DNA of 64,000 nt from Patescibacteria group bacterium. Lineage in GTDB: Bacteria; Patescibacteriota; Microgenomatia; UBA1400; PJMF01. Positions 9,514 to 18,930 of the stretch are shown piece by piece. Location: the NCBI GenBank assembly GCA_016861085.1, contig BOKR01000001.1, positions 896,153-960,152 of the forward strand. The letters are read 5' to 3'. Within the stretch, counting starts at the first letter, position 1. Every line of letters starts with the position of its first letter. The position numbers and the translations under genes were made by a program. The notes beneath the pieces were generated by a model, which did not search any database, was not told where the DNA came from, and worked only from the letters and a program-made list of their open reading frames with translations.

Positions 9514-11178
9514 CTACACCTCAAAAATCTCGGCAACAATCATTGGCTCTCGGCGAATGACTTTGTACAGTTTTCGTGATAACCGCTTTTCAAGCATTGC
9601 CTTAAGTTGTGAATCTGGGGTCTTTTTTCGTAGCTCCTCTGTAACCAGTGCCGCCACTTCAGTTTTGATAAACTGCACAACTTCATCTGCTTCCTTCATG
9701 AATACAAACCCTCTTGAGACAATTTTGACATTGCGCAAATCATATTCACCTTTTGATTTTGGCACCAAAACCATAACAATTCCAGCTTGCCCTAAAGTTC
9801 TTCTGTCAGATAAAACCATTGGTCCAACGTCACCAATGCCAAGACCATCAACTATTTGAGGTCGTAAGTTGAGTGAGCCTTCGTTTGAAACAGTTCGATT
9901 CTCAAAACCAATAATCTCACCGCTGTCTGGAATTAAAACATGTTCTTCATCATATCCAAGTTGTGAAGCAACCAATTCAAAGAATTTATATCTATGTCTG
10001 TCTTGTCCACCAACCGGCATCACATACTTTGGCCTGACTAAACCGAGTAGTTCCTGTTGTTCTGGAGCTGAAGCATGGCCAGACTTATGTAAGTCAGGCA
10101 TCACATCTGGATATAAAACATGTACCTTGTTTCTGCAAAGTTCATCAATGGCTCCAAAGTAAGCTTGTTCATTGCCTGGAATAGCATCTGCTGAAAAAAT
10201 TACTGTATCTCGAGCGTTAATTCGCAAAATTCTATGCTCGCCGTACACGGCTCGCATTAATGACGAACCTTCCTGACCTTGAGCACCAGCAACAATGACA
10301 CATAACTTTTTGTCATCTACCTCTTCCATATGGCGCTTGTCTACCTTCATGCCTTCTGGCATTTTCAATTTACCAAGTCTGAGTGCGATCTCTACATTTT
10401 GTTCTACAGACCTGCCAATAAACACTACTTTGCGACCTAGTTTCTCGCAAGCATCAATAGTCTGCTGAATTCTGTGGATATGAGAACTCATTAGTGTCAT
10501 CACAATTTTGCCCTCAGTTTCTTGCATGGCTTGCAAAATTGCTGGACCAGCCTTGGCTTCACTTTCCACCCAATCTCTGTATTCAACACGCAAACAATCT
10601 ATTAACATACAAAGTACATTTTCCTCTTTGAGCTGAGAAATGTGCTCAATATCTGTGAGTACCCCGTCAACTGGACTTGGATCTAGCTTAAAATCGCTCC
10701 CATGGTAGATAATTCCCTCTGGGGTAGTAATAACAATGTGACGAGTATCTGGAACAGAGTGCGTTACTGGTAATAATCTAAATGAAAAATGTTGCCCTAA
10801 TTTGATTGTATCGTTGTCACCAGCCACCATAACAGTTCTTGGATCTTCGCCGTCACGCATCCGCTGTTCTGCAAAACCCGCTGTTAAAGCTGAAGCATAA
10901 ATTGGAAATTGAGGTAACACTGGCATGATGTATGGTGTTGCTGCAATATGGTCATCGTGACCGTGACTTAAAACCATTCCAACAACATGTTTACCAGCCT
11001 CCAACTCCTGCAGTAGATATTCAATATCTGGGATCAGCACGTCAACACCTGGCATATAAGAGTCAGGAAATCCAATTCCACAATCCACAATCAGTATTTC
11101 GTTCTCGTACTCATACAAAAACATATTCTGCGTAACATTTCCTAATCCACCCAACGGAACAATTTTTAACTTTGACAT
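9514..11178 (-). CDS. rnj: Ribonuclease J (metallo-beta-lactamase/beta-CASP RNase)
   Basis: LSHGHDDH metallo-beta-lactamase motif, N-terminal KIVPLGGLGNVTQNM, and a length (554 aa) and domain order typical of RNase J. Confidence 0.9.
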   Translation of the reverse strand: MSKLKIVPLGGLGNVTQNMFLYEYENEILIVDCGIGFPDSYMPGVDVLIPDIEYLLQELEAGKHVVGMVLSHGHDDHIAATPYIMPVLPQFPIYASALTAGFAEQRMRDGEDPRTVMVAGDNDTIKLGQHFSFRLLPVTHSVPDTRHIVITTPEGIIYHGSDFKLDPSPVDGVLTDIEHISQLKEENVLCMLIDCLRVEYRDWVESEAKAGPAILQAMQETEGKIVMTLMSSHIHRIQQTIDACEKLGRKVVFIGRSVEQNVEIALRLGKLKMPEGMKVDKRHMEEVDDKKLCVIVAGAQGQEGSSLMRAVYGEHRILRINARDTVIFSADAIPGNEQAYFGAIDELCRNKVHVLYPDVMPDLHKSGHASAPEQQELLGLVRPKYVMPVGGQDRHRYKFFELVASQLGYDEEHVLIPDSGEIIGFENRTVSNEGSLNLRPQIVDGLGIGDVGPMVLSDRRTLGQAGIVMVLVPKSKGEYDLRNVKIVSRGFVFMKEADEVVQFIKTEVAALVTEELRKKTPDSQLKAMLEKRLSRKLYKVIRREPMIVAEIFEV

Positions 11179-11205
11179 ATAACTTTCAATTAACTACTAT
11201 TATTT

Positions 11206-12012
11206 CTACTTCTTTTTTTTACCTGCAAACAAATCTATCCCCTTATTGTCTCCCCAACCAATGTGGATGAAGAAATTTAATAATCTATTTGTCTTCTCAT
11301 ATCGTTCAAAAAATGATGCACACAACGTTGCTGAAAAAAAGTTTGCAAACACAAACCAATAGCCAGCATTTGTCATATTGAAAACTGGATCTAAGACAAA
11401 ATAGACTAATACGTGTACCAATAAGAAGACTGCCAGAATTAACTTCATAAGTCGCATAAAGTTGCCTTGCTTAGCATCAGACATCCAGATTGCAAAGAAA
11501 GTAAGTGGACCTAAAATAAGGCCAATTGTCAGTAATGAATAAAACTGCAGTTTTGTTGCTGCCACAATCTGAAATGGGATCAGTACATTTGAAATAGATA
11601 CAAACGTGGCCAATAGCATTGCTCCTCCCCAGATGACAATGTGGGTCCACCAGAGATGAAAATATTCGGAAAGATGATAGATATCAAATTCAGGGTCATG
11701 ATGCCGTTTCAGCCAAAATGTTTTAGTAAGTGTATGCATAGCAATAGCTGCCATAACGATAAATGCTAAGACACTAAATGTAGTATCGACAACAAACAAG
11801 TCTGTAACTGAAAGCCTAAATTCAAGTTCATTACGTAGAATGTAAAATAAGAAAGACTTTAACCAAACATACATCGTTGGAGCCAGCAAGAACATATATA
11901 CAAACTGAACAAAATCTAAACGAAAAATTTCAATTCTTTTGTCCTGAATTTTATAGAGAGCAACTCCAAAAAGTGAAGTAAAGAGAGGTATTAAGAGTAA
12001 GAAATATTTCAT
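11206..12012 (-). CDS. Hypothetical polytopic membrane protein
   Basis: 268 aa, roughly 8 hydrophobic helices, no recognisable catalytic motif. Confidence 0.4.
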   Translation of the reverse strand: MKYFLLLIPLFTSLFGVALYKIQDKRIEIFRLDFVQFVYMFLLAPTMYVWLKSFLFYILRNELEFRLSVTDLFVVDTTFSVLAFIVMAAIAMHTLTKTFWLKRHHDPEFDIYHLSEYFHLWWTHIVIWGGAMLLATFVSISNVLIPFQIVAATKLQFYSLLTIGLILGPLTFFAIWMSDAKQGNFMRLMKLILAVFLLVHVLVYFVLDPVFNMTNAGYWFVFANFFSATLCASFFERYEKTNRLLNFFIHIGWGDNKGIDLFAGKKKK

Positions 12013-12094
12013 ACAAGCTATTCTAAACAGCGATCAAACCTCTATATAATATCATAAAAAAGTACCCTCTTATATCTGGAAATAAAGAAAACAG

Positions 12095-12835
12095 TTAAAA
12101 TAAGTGTTCAATCACTGATGCCTGTAGTGCATCAAGAGTTTTATCAGATTTTGCAAATTCTTTTTGTAGAGGAGTTAACTCGGGTTCTGGCTCAGGTTTT
12201 TGCTTTGCTGCTACTGCTTTTTGTTCTTTTATCCATGCAATTATCTTAGGAATTTTTTTAAAGTCAGTGGTAAACGCTTGCTTTGTTGCAGTTGATCGAA
12301 GTGCTGCAGCCGGATGATACATTGGTAGCACAAAGCTGGTAAAGCCATCCCATTTTACTTTGTGAAGCTTACCGTGCACTTGGGAAATTTTTGCCGATGG
12401 CAAAAATTTCCCCATACTAAACCGGCCAAGTGTCACAATTAGTTCTGGTTTTAAAATTTCAATCTCCGCATCTAAATACTTCTTGTATGCAGCTAATTCC
12501 TCAATACTTGGATCTCGGTTGTCTGGAGGTCTTACTTTCACAATGTTACTAATATATACCTGTTCTGGCTTAATTCCTGATTCTGTTTCTAGGATTTTGC
12601 GAAATAACTGTCCTGACTTCCCAACAAACGGCCGACGTTCTACCGACTCAAAATATCCTGGTGCTTCACCAATAAATAAGACTTCAGCACTTGATGGCCC
12701 TTCTCCTGGAACAATGTCAGTAGCAGTTTTTGCCAGCGGCAAATGAGGAGCATCTTTCTCTAATTGCGCGTACAACACTTCCAAGTCATGCGACTTTTGT
12801 TGAGTATTTCTATCCATATCAAAAGGATACCACAC
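12095..12835 (-). CDS. Uracil-DNA glycosylase, family 4
   Basis: GEAPGYFE...RPFVGKSGQLF and YISNIVKVRPPDNRDP motifs of family-4 (UdgA) UDGs, with a C-terminal KPEPEPE low-complexity tail. Confidence 0.8.
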   Translation of the reverse strand: MWYPFDMDRNTQQKSHDLEVLYAQLEKDAPHLPLAKTATDIVPGEGPSSAEVLFIGEAPGYFESVERRPFVGKSGQLFRKILETESGIKPEQVYISNIVKVRPPDNRDPSIEELAAYKKYLDAEIEILKPELIVTLGRFSMGKFLPSAKISQVHGKLHKVKWDGFTSFVLPMYHPAAALRSTATKQAFTTDFKKIPKIIAWIKEQKAVAAKQKPEPEPELTPLQKEFAKSDKTLDALQASVIEHLF

Positions 12836-12838
12836 TAG

Positions 12839-13900
12839 CTAGTACTGTGGCAAGAAAATATTTTTATTTTCTAAAGTAATGACAACCTCTGGATATCCGC
12901 GTTCAACAATAATGCGTACTGCTTTTCGAACAGCTCCCTGCAACGTTCTTTGTAGTGTACGGATACCCGCATCAAACCCGAGTGGTCTGGTTACAACCGC
13001 CCATACTTCATCTTTGATAATAAATTGTTCAGGTCTTAAACCAGCGTCCTTTAGCAAACCAGGTAATATATATTTTTGAGCAATCACAATTTTTTCTTGG
13101 TCTGTATAAGAAGGCATGGATATCTTTTCCATACGGTCCATAACTGCTGTGGCAATTGCTGTTGTATTGTTTGCAGTTGCCAAAAATATTGCATGTGACA
13201 AATTGACTGGGTAGTCAATATAGGTATCTCTAAATGAATGATTTTGAGCAGGATCAAGTAACTCAACCAGTACACCCATAATGTCTTTGTTTGCGTCTTC
13301 ACTGCTTCTATCAATTTCATCAAGTAAAATGATTGGATTCCTCACGCCAGCTTCACAGATTCCCTTGATAACTCTCCCTGGTTCTGAACCAAGGATTAAG
13401 CGAGAATTTCCACGAAGTTCAGTTGCTGAACCCATACCTCCAAATGGAATACGGACCAATTTTCTATCTAACGCCTCAGCTAAAGAAATAGCAAACGTTG
13501 TCTTACCCGTTCCTACCAAACCCACTAAAAGTAAAATCGGAGCACGGAAATCTCCTGCAACATCAGGATTTTGTGAACGTAACTTCAAAACAGAAACATA
13601 CTCAAGAAATCGATTCTTAACATCATGCATGCCATAATGGTGCTTTTCAAAAATTTCTCTGGTTTTGTTGATGTCTAAAACGTCTTGAGTTTCTGCCTGC
13701 CATGGTACTTTTAACACCCAATCAATATATTTAGAAACTTTCTCATATTTTTCGTCATAACTACCAAGCGCTACACTCCGCTCGAGGGCAACAATATCTT
13801 TATCAACTTTTCGTCTAAGTTCGTCAGGAATCTGAGAGCCATTAACCTTTGATTTTAGCTCCTGAATTTCTTGTTCGAGGATTTGATTATAATCGTTCAT
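12839..13900 (-). CDS. Lon-like AAA+ ATPase lacking a protease domain
   Basis: Close to the LonA ATPase module: LLLVGLVGTGKTTFAISLAEAL (Walker A), ILLDEIDRS (Walker B), ELLDPAQNHSFRDTYIDYPVNLSHAIFLATAN. The ORF ends after the alpha-helical lid. No S16 protease domain (Ser-Lys dyad) follows and the next gene is UDG. Confidence 0.7.
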   Translation of the reverse strand: MNDYNQILEQEIQELKSKVNGSQIPDELRRKVDKDIVALERSVALGSYDEKYEKVSKYIDWVLKVPWQAETQDVLDINKTREIFEKHHYGMHDVKNRFLEYVSVLKLRSQNPDVAGDFRAPILLLVGLVGTGKTTFAISLAEALDRKLVRIPFGGMGSATELRGNSRLILGSEPGRVIKGICEAGVRNPIILLDEIDRSSEDANKDIMGVLVELLDPAQNHSFRDTYIDYPVNLSHAIFLATANNTTAIATAVMDRMEKISMPSYTDQEKIVIAQKYILPGLLKDAGLRPEQFIIKDEVWAVVTRPLGFDAGIRTLQRTLQGAVRKAVRIIVERGYPEVVITLENKNIFLPQY

Positions 13901-13915
13901 ATTGTTCTTCCAGCG

Positions 13916-14200
13916 TTATTCAAAATCAGCGAACACTTGTTTTGCACCATTTAAAGCAGTGATCCCTGCAACCAAAAAGATGACTCCAGCGGCAAATAAT
14001 ATCAACACATCGTGAGCGCCCGTCTGTGGCAAAGTTGTTACTGTTCCCGAACCAGTAGCGGTCCCAGAACTTGTGGCAGTACCAGAAGGAGTTGCAGTCC
14101 CTGAAGTAGTTGCAGATTGAGCAAACGTTGGGCGAGCGAACGACAACAGTACCACAAGCAACAAAACAACAAAAGGCAGTTTTCTAGTCATGTGTATCAT
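13916..14200 (-). CDS. Small LPXTG-motif cell-wall-anchored protein with SGTAT repeats
   Basis: Signal peptide (MTRKLPFVVLLLVVLLSFARPTFA), repeats TSGTATPSGTATSSGTATGSGT, then LPQTG followed by a hydrophobic helix and a charged tail, which is a canonical sortase sorting signal. Confidence 0.6.
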   Translation of the reverse strand: MIHMTRKLPFVVLLLVVLLSFARPTFAQSATTSGTATPSGTATSSGTATGSGTVTTLPQTGAHDVLILFAAGVIFLVAGITALNGAKQVFADFE

Positions 14201-15122
14201 TATGGCTTTCTATTTGGTTGATTGTCAACAACCCAGGTTTTGCTCCAATCACAGAGATGACTGATTCAGCATTTCGCTTTCCCCAATTACATGAGTCAAT
14301 TATTGTGTTCCCCTTTAGTTGACTGGTAACATAGCCAACAATAAAAGAATCTCCTGCTCCTGTTTCATCAACAATTTTTTTCTCGCGAGCAAAGAATTTT
14401 GTATGAGCTTTGCCTTCGACAAATACTTCTCCACCATATTTACCATTTGTAACAACAATCTGCGGGATGGCTTCTAAAATTTGGCTTCTAACTTCAGAAA
14501 TTGAATCCCATTCGTGTTTATTTACAAAAAGTATATCTATAGGGAGCCGGTTGAGATTAATTTTTCCAGTCGCTAATAGTTCAAGTTCTTTATTACCCGG
14601 ATTCCAAGACATCTTTGTATCTGCGTCTCTGACTACTTCAAAAATAAATTTTAATGTAGCTTCTTGACCAGCTATGCTTGAGAGGTGAACCCATTTTGCT
14701 CTTGAGAGCTGTGCTGAAGGAATATCTTTAGGGTCAAGTTGTGCAGCTGCCCCTCTATGCACCATAATTGTTCTATTCCCATCTTCTCCAAGCAAAATAA
14801 TTGATCCACCGGTTTTTTCATTTTTTTCAGCAACAACCATATTTGTTGCTACAAACTCTTTTCTCAACTCATCAAGAATAAACTGCGCCCATACATCTTT
14901 TCCTAACTCAGTGACAATTCCAGCGCGAAAGCCCATTCGCGCAAAACCAACAGCAGTGTTACTACCACCTCCACCAGATCTAAGAATGTATTCATCAACA
15001 TCGATTTTTTCACCATACATCTGGCACAAAAAAGTACCTTCAGCACTCTTTTTAACTGTAAATGCTTTGGAAATGATAAAACTATCAACAACACTGGAAC
15101 CAATTGAGATTATGTCATACAT
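14184..15122 (-). CDS. PfkB-family carbohydrate kinase (ribokinase-like)
   Basis: GGGGSNTAVGFARMG N-terminal motif and DETGAGDSF C-terminal ATP-binding motif of the ribokinase/PfkB family. Confidence 0.8.
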   Translation of the reverse strand: MYDIISIGSSVVDSFIISKAFTVKKSAEGTFLCQMYGEKIDVDEYILRSGGGGSNTAVGFARMGFRAGIVTELGKDVWAQFILDELRKEFVATNMVVAEKNEKTGGSIILLGEDGNRTIMVHRGAAAQLDPKDIPSAQLSRAKWVHLSSIAGQEATLKFIFEVVRDADTKMSWNPGNKELELLATGKINLNRLPIDILFVNKHEWDSISEVRSQILEAIPQIVVTNGKYGGEVFVEGKAHTKFFAREKKIVDETGAGDSFIVGYVTSQLKGNTIIDSCNWGKRNAESVISVIGAKPGLLTINQIESHNDTHD

Positions 15123-15150
15123 GGGCAGTTATTTCTTACTCTATTCTACG

Positions 15151-15777
15151 CTACGGCCTTGGTTGAAGTCCACAACGATCTGCCAGTTCTTTTTCAAAAG
15201 AATCAAAAGCTTCGATTAACTCCTTTTCGTCTTTAACAATCTTGTAGATGCTTCGTTCTTTATCACCAATAAAAAAGTGATCATTAACTACCTTCATCAA
15301 CTCATGCCAGAACTCACCATATAAAATAATCGGTTTATGGTTTCCGTAGTACAGATGTGCTAAAAGCCAAGCAGTGGACCACTCACTTAAAGTTCCAGTT
15401 CCACCTTGCATGCAGATAAATGCATCAGCATGTTCCATTAATCCAAACATGCGTTCAACATAGTTTGCTGTCTTAATTTCTTTATCAACTAAGTTATCAT
15501 GAAATCTGCCTTCAAATTCAGGCATATCTTTAGGATAAAAAGTAACAGCTATTGTTGTTCCCCCGGCTGCCTGAGCACCTTTGGTAGCTGCATCCATACA
15601 CCCAGGCCCTCCACCATCAACAATAACCTTGTCATTATATGCCAAGTGCCGCGCAACATTGAACGTTTCAAGATACAATGGGTGGTGTTCGTCTACATCA
15701 GCACTACCAAAAATTGCAACATTCTTAATCGTGCAGTGTAAGTTTGGTGCTGGAATCTTAATTTGTGTTTTTAACAT
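15151..15777 (-). CDS. LOG-family protein (TIGR00730; cytokinin riboside 5'-monophosphate phosphoribohydrolase-like)
   Basis: GGGPGCMDAATKGA and MQGGTGTLSE motifs characteristic of the LOG/lysine-decarboxylase-like family. Confidence 0.8.
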   Translation of the reverse strand: MLKTQIKIPAPNLHCTIKNVAIFGSADVDEHHPLYLETFNVARHLAYNDKVIVDGGGPGCMDAATKGAQAAGGTTIAVTFYPKDMPEFEGRFHDNLVDKEIKTANYVERMFGLMEHADAFICMQGGTGTLSEWSTAWLLAHLYYGNHKPIILYGEFWHELMKVVNDHFFIGDKERSIYKIVKDEKELIEAFDSFEKELADRCGLQPRP

Positions 15778-15804
15778 AATTGCTTTTTCACTCTTTAAAC
15801 AACT

Positions 15805-16470
15805 TTACAAAACTTGTGCTTCTAACTCCTGCAATTTTTCGGCAAAATTTTCTGCTTTCCACAAGGTACTACCAACACCAACTGAAGTGACTCCATGCAT
15901 CTGAAGTTTGGCAATATTTTCAACAGTCACGCCTCCATCTACTATTACTTCTAAAGTAAGATCGCGCTGTGACATCATAGTTCGCAATTCTTTGAGTTTT
16001 GTGTACACTTGATTTTCTAACTCTCTACCTTGAAAACCAGCTTCTATTGCCATTAGTTGGATGATATTGATTCTGTCCCAAAGATCTGGTTCAACAGCTT
16101 CTAATGGAGTATGCAAATTGAGTGAAAATCCAACATTCCAGCCATATCTTCTCACTTCATCAACAAACAGCTCTTGGCTGGACATCTGCTCAATCTGCCC
16201 AATAACACTGCGTACCGGCAACTCCTCTTGGTAATCTACAATGTCTCTCACAAAATCAATTGGCTCCTGGGTTTGCAAATGAAAATCTAATTCCATTCCA
16301 CCAAAATCCATACCCACCAAATCACTGGGGGCAACAGTAATGTTATCTACAAAATAACCATCAATGATGTCTATTTGAACTGTATGTACTAAGCCACTCT
16401 CATTACATAAATCGAGTTGTTTTTGTACTAAGTCGAGTTGATCAGTCAGGATTGTTGGATAAATATTCAT
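15805..16470 (-). CDS. Ribulose-phosphate 3-epimerase family TIM-barrel protein
   Basis: N-terminal IYPTILTDQLDL...VHTVQIDIIDGYFVDNITVAP matches the Rpe pattern (I-x-P-S-I-L-x-A-D...H-x-D-x-M-D-G-x-F-V-P-N) and a C-terminal DGG is present. Confidence 0.6.
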   Translation of the reverse strand: MNIYPTILTDQLDLVQKQLDLCNESGLVHTVQIDIIDGYFVDNITVAPSDLVGMDFGGMELDFHLQTQEPIDFVRDIVDYQEELPVRSVIGQIEQMSSQELFVDEVRRYGWNVGFSLNLHTPLEAVEPDLWDRINIIQLMAIEAGFQGRELENQVYTKLKELRTMMSQRDLTLEVIVDGGVTVENIAKLQMHGVTSVGVGSTLWKAENFAEKLQELEAQVL

Positions 16471-16476
16471 AACAAG

Positions 16477-16956
16477 TTAAGAGTGTTCTGCTTCAAACTT
16501 TTTAATCTGTGCAATTCTTCTTTCATGTCTAGTATCTTTTCTGTAAATCGCAGTAAGAAACACCTGCACAATTTCTTTTGCCCGCTCTGATGAAATCCAA
16601 TCTCCAGACAAAGTGATAATATTTGCATTGTTGTGTTCTTTTGCATGGATTGCACTGCGTTCATCAAATACACAGACAGCACGAGCACCTTCTACTTTAT
16701 TTGCTGCAATAGTAACTCCACCAGCAGATCTACAGATTATAATTCCAACTGCCCCTGGTTGGGTAACTTGAGCTTCGTTTTCAACTACACGCTGAGCAAC
16801 CCCAAAGGCAACTTGTGGATAATCGTCAGTTGGATCAAGCGTATGTGCACCGACATCTTCTACTTGATATCGTTCACTTTCTAGCCAGGCTTTTAAAACT
16901 TGCTTCTGCTCAAAACCACCATGGTCACTGCCAATGATAATAATTGGTTTTTCCAT
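16477..16956 (-). CDS. rpiB: Ribose-5-phosphate isomerase B (RpiB/LacAB family)
   Basis: IIIGSDHGGFEQK...GIIICRSAGGVTIAANK is diagnostic of the RpiB/LacA/LacB family, and the length (159 aa) fits. Confidence 0.85.
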   Translation of the reverse strand: MEKPIIIIGSDHGGFEQKQVLKAWLESERYQVEDVGAHTLDPTDDYPQVAFGVAQRVVENEAQVTQPGAVGIIICRSAGGVTIAANKVEGARAVCVFDERSAIHAKEHNNANIITLSGDWISSERAKEIVQVFLTAIYRKDTRHERRIAQIKKFEAEHS

Positions 16957-17003
16957 ACTCCTATCTTTACACGCGAACTGTACTTAATCAAGTGAAGACA
17001 AGC

Positions 17004-17504
17004 TTACTCGACGATCAGTGTACCCTTCATACCCATTTGCCTGTGTTGACCTACACTACAATAGTACTCATACGTACCTGGTTTATCTGTTGGAATTTCC
17101 AACTCCATTGTCTCTCCTGCTGGGATCATACCAGAGTTTACTGCCAGCTCATCAATAACAAAATCGTGGAATCCTTTTTCGTTTGTAACTGATACTGTCA
17201 ACTTTTCTCCTTGTTTGACTCTTATTTCTTTGACATCAAAACTAAAATCGTCAGCGATCATAGCGATTAGTTGACCTTCAGAGGTTGCCTCTTCAACAAC
17301 TTTTTCCATAACCGACTCATCACCATTAGCAGGGACTTCTTGGGTCGTAGCTTGCTCTACTTGCACATCTTTTAGTTGCTCTGGTGCTGTTTCCTGTTTT
17401 GGCTGACGCAGAGCGCTATAGCCCAAAAAGACAGCTCCTAAAACGAGAACTCCTATAATTGCATACTTTGATTGCATGTATCCCTTTCTTGCGTGTTTTG
17501 ACAC
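17004..17504 (-). CDS. Membrane-anchored cupredoxin (plastocyanin/azurin-like blue copper protein)
   Basis: N-terminal TM anchor and a C-terminal cupredoxin fold carrying type-1 Cu ligands: H (GFHDF), C-x-x-H (YYCSVGQH) and M (QMGM). Confidence 0.6.
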   Translation of the reverse strand: MSKHARKGYMQSKYAIIGVLVLGAVFLGYSALRQPKQETAPEQLKDVQVEQATTQEVPANGDESVMEKVVEEATSEGQLIAMIADDFSFDVKEIRVKQGEKLTVSVTNEKGFHDFVIDELAVNSGMIPAGETMELEIPTDKPGTYEYYCSVGQHRQMGMKGTLIVE

Positions 17505-17519
17505 ACTTTTATGATTATT

Positions 17520-17852
17520 CTAGTACCCCAACTCAGCTCTAGCTTCTGGAGTCATCATATCGATCATCCAAGGAGGATCAAACGTCAATTCAAGATCAAT
17601 GTCTTCCTTTGGATTGATTCCTTCTAGATCTGACAACTCAGAAACCACCATTTCTCTAAACACCCCTGCCAGTGGACACCCAGGAGTGGTTAAGGTCATA
17701 AGAATGTGAATCTTGGGCTGTGGGCCTGTTTCTTTTTGGACTGTACCAATGGTTACGTCATAGACTAGCCCCATGCTCACAATATCCACATGTAACTCCG
17801 GGTCGATCACTCGCGATAAACAGTGATAGATGTTTTCTTTTGTGGGCTTCAT
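17520..17852 (-). CDS. DUF59/MIP18-family Fe-S cluster assembly protein (SufT-like)
   Basis: DPELHVDIVSMGLVYDV...MTLTTPGCPLAG motifs. The track start (17897) adds a 15-aa hydrophobic extension, so the start is more likely at MKPTKEN (17852). Confidence 0.65.
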   Translation of the reverse strand: MKPTKENIYHCLSRVIDPELHVDIVSMGLVYDVTIGTVQKETGPQPKIHILMTLTTPGCPLAGVFREMVVSELSDLEGINPKEDIDLELTFDPPWMIDMMTPEARAELGY

Positions 17853-17895
17853 ACTACGGTACATAATAGTTATAAATGCAAAAGAAAGCAACCAC

Positions 17896-17936
17896 AAAAA
17901 AACCCCTCTTCAACCTAAAGTCGATAAGGGGTTTTC
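17896..17936 (-). terminator. Putative rho-independent terminator downstream of the 17958-18167 ORF
   Basis: A 6-bp stem acccct/aggggt with a long loop. The A7 run on the + strand gives a U-run after the stem on the minus transcript. Confidence 0.35.
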
Positions 17937-17957
17937 TTAATTCGATCTAATCAGAGA

Positions 17958-18167
17958 TTATTTTGATCTCTTCAAAACAGGCATGTTGGTTCTTTTGGTT
18001 TCCATGACTTCATAGCCTGCTGGAACCTTGTCTAATGCACCTGGTCTGACGTCTCTTGCGAAGAAGTAAATCCTTTGAACTCTACCGTTCTTAAGGGTGA
18101 CTTCTTTGGTGTGCAAGTAATAAACTTGACCCTTTGCATTGGTGTATGAGAAAGCGTTTGCTGCCAT
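17958..18167 (-). CDS. Small hypothetical protein (69 aa), basic
   Basis: An ORF with coding-like composition that fills the gap between conserved genes. No motif was recognised. Confidence 0.35.
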   Translation of the reverse strand: MAANAFSYTNAKGQVYYLHTKEVTLKNGRVQRIYFFARDVRPGALDKVPAGYEVMETKRTNMPVLKRSK

Positions 18168-18311
18168 ACTTGTACTCCTTTTCTTGCCTATTTTCAGGCT
18201 TCAAATACTTACTTTTATACTGAACACGTCTTTACGTATCTTTTCTAAGCTTATCATACTCGGCGATCACTTCAAGAAGCAAATTATAGTTATTGTGATC
18301 TTATCCTGTTT

Positions 18312-18848
18312 CTAGTTAAGCTCTTCGTTCAAAACTTCTACTTCTAGATCATTTTCTACCTCAAGTGTGCCTCTTAAAACATAGTTTTCATCGGCTACTT
18401 CTGCCTGTGCACTTTCACTGATAATCATTTCGAATGGTAATAGTTCACTTGGGAGTGCAGCAGAACCAATATAGCCACCTTTTCCAGCTACCAATGTGAA
18501 GACTTCTCTCATAGCAGTTCCGTCTATGGAACGAAGCCAAACATGATATTCTGTTGTTGGCTCTGGGAGATTTGCCATAACTGAAAATCTAACTTTATCA
18601 TCTTTTAACTCATATCTGACGACACCATTATTCTCTGGGTCCTGTGAGGTTAAGTCGATGCTTTCATAGTCACCAACACCCTTGATAGATTTGACCATTT
18701 CTTCTTGACTGAGGTTTTCAATTTCTACACCTTCACCCAGTAATGCATATTCGCTTCTTTCAGCACGTAACGTGTACCATCTGAAAACCAGCATAAAAAT
18801 GATACCTAACACTACTAACGGGAAAATGTATGGTGTATATTTTTTCAT
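18312..18848 (-). CDS. Hypothetical membrane-anchored protein
   Basis: 178 aa with a single N-terminal TM helix and an acidic C-terminus. Function unknown. Confidence 0.4.
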   Translation of the reverse strand: MKKYTPYIFPLVVLGIIFMLVFRWYTLRAERSEYALLGEGVEIENLSQEEMVKSIKGVGDYESIDLTSQDPENNGVVRYELKDDKVRFSVMANLPEPTTEYHVWLRSIDGTAMREVFTLVAGKGGYIGSAALPSELLPFEMIISESAQAEVADENYVLRGTLEVENDLEVEVLNEELN

Positions 18849-18930
18849 TCTGCCCTATCTACTTTCTTATACTTAAACCTAGTTATAGTTATACGTTATA
18901 ACATGGTTTCGTCAAGAGCAAGACGTTGAC

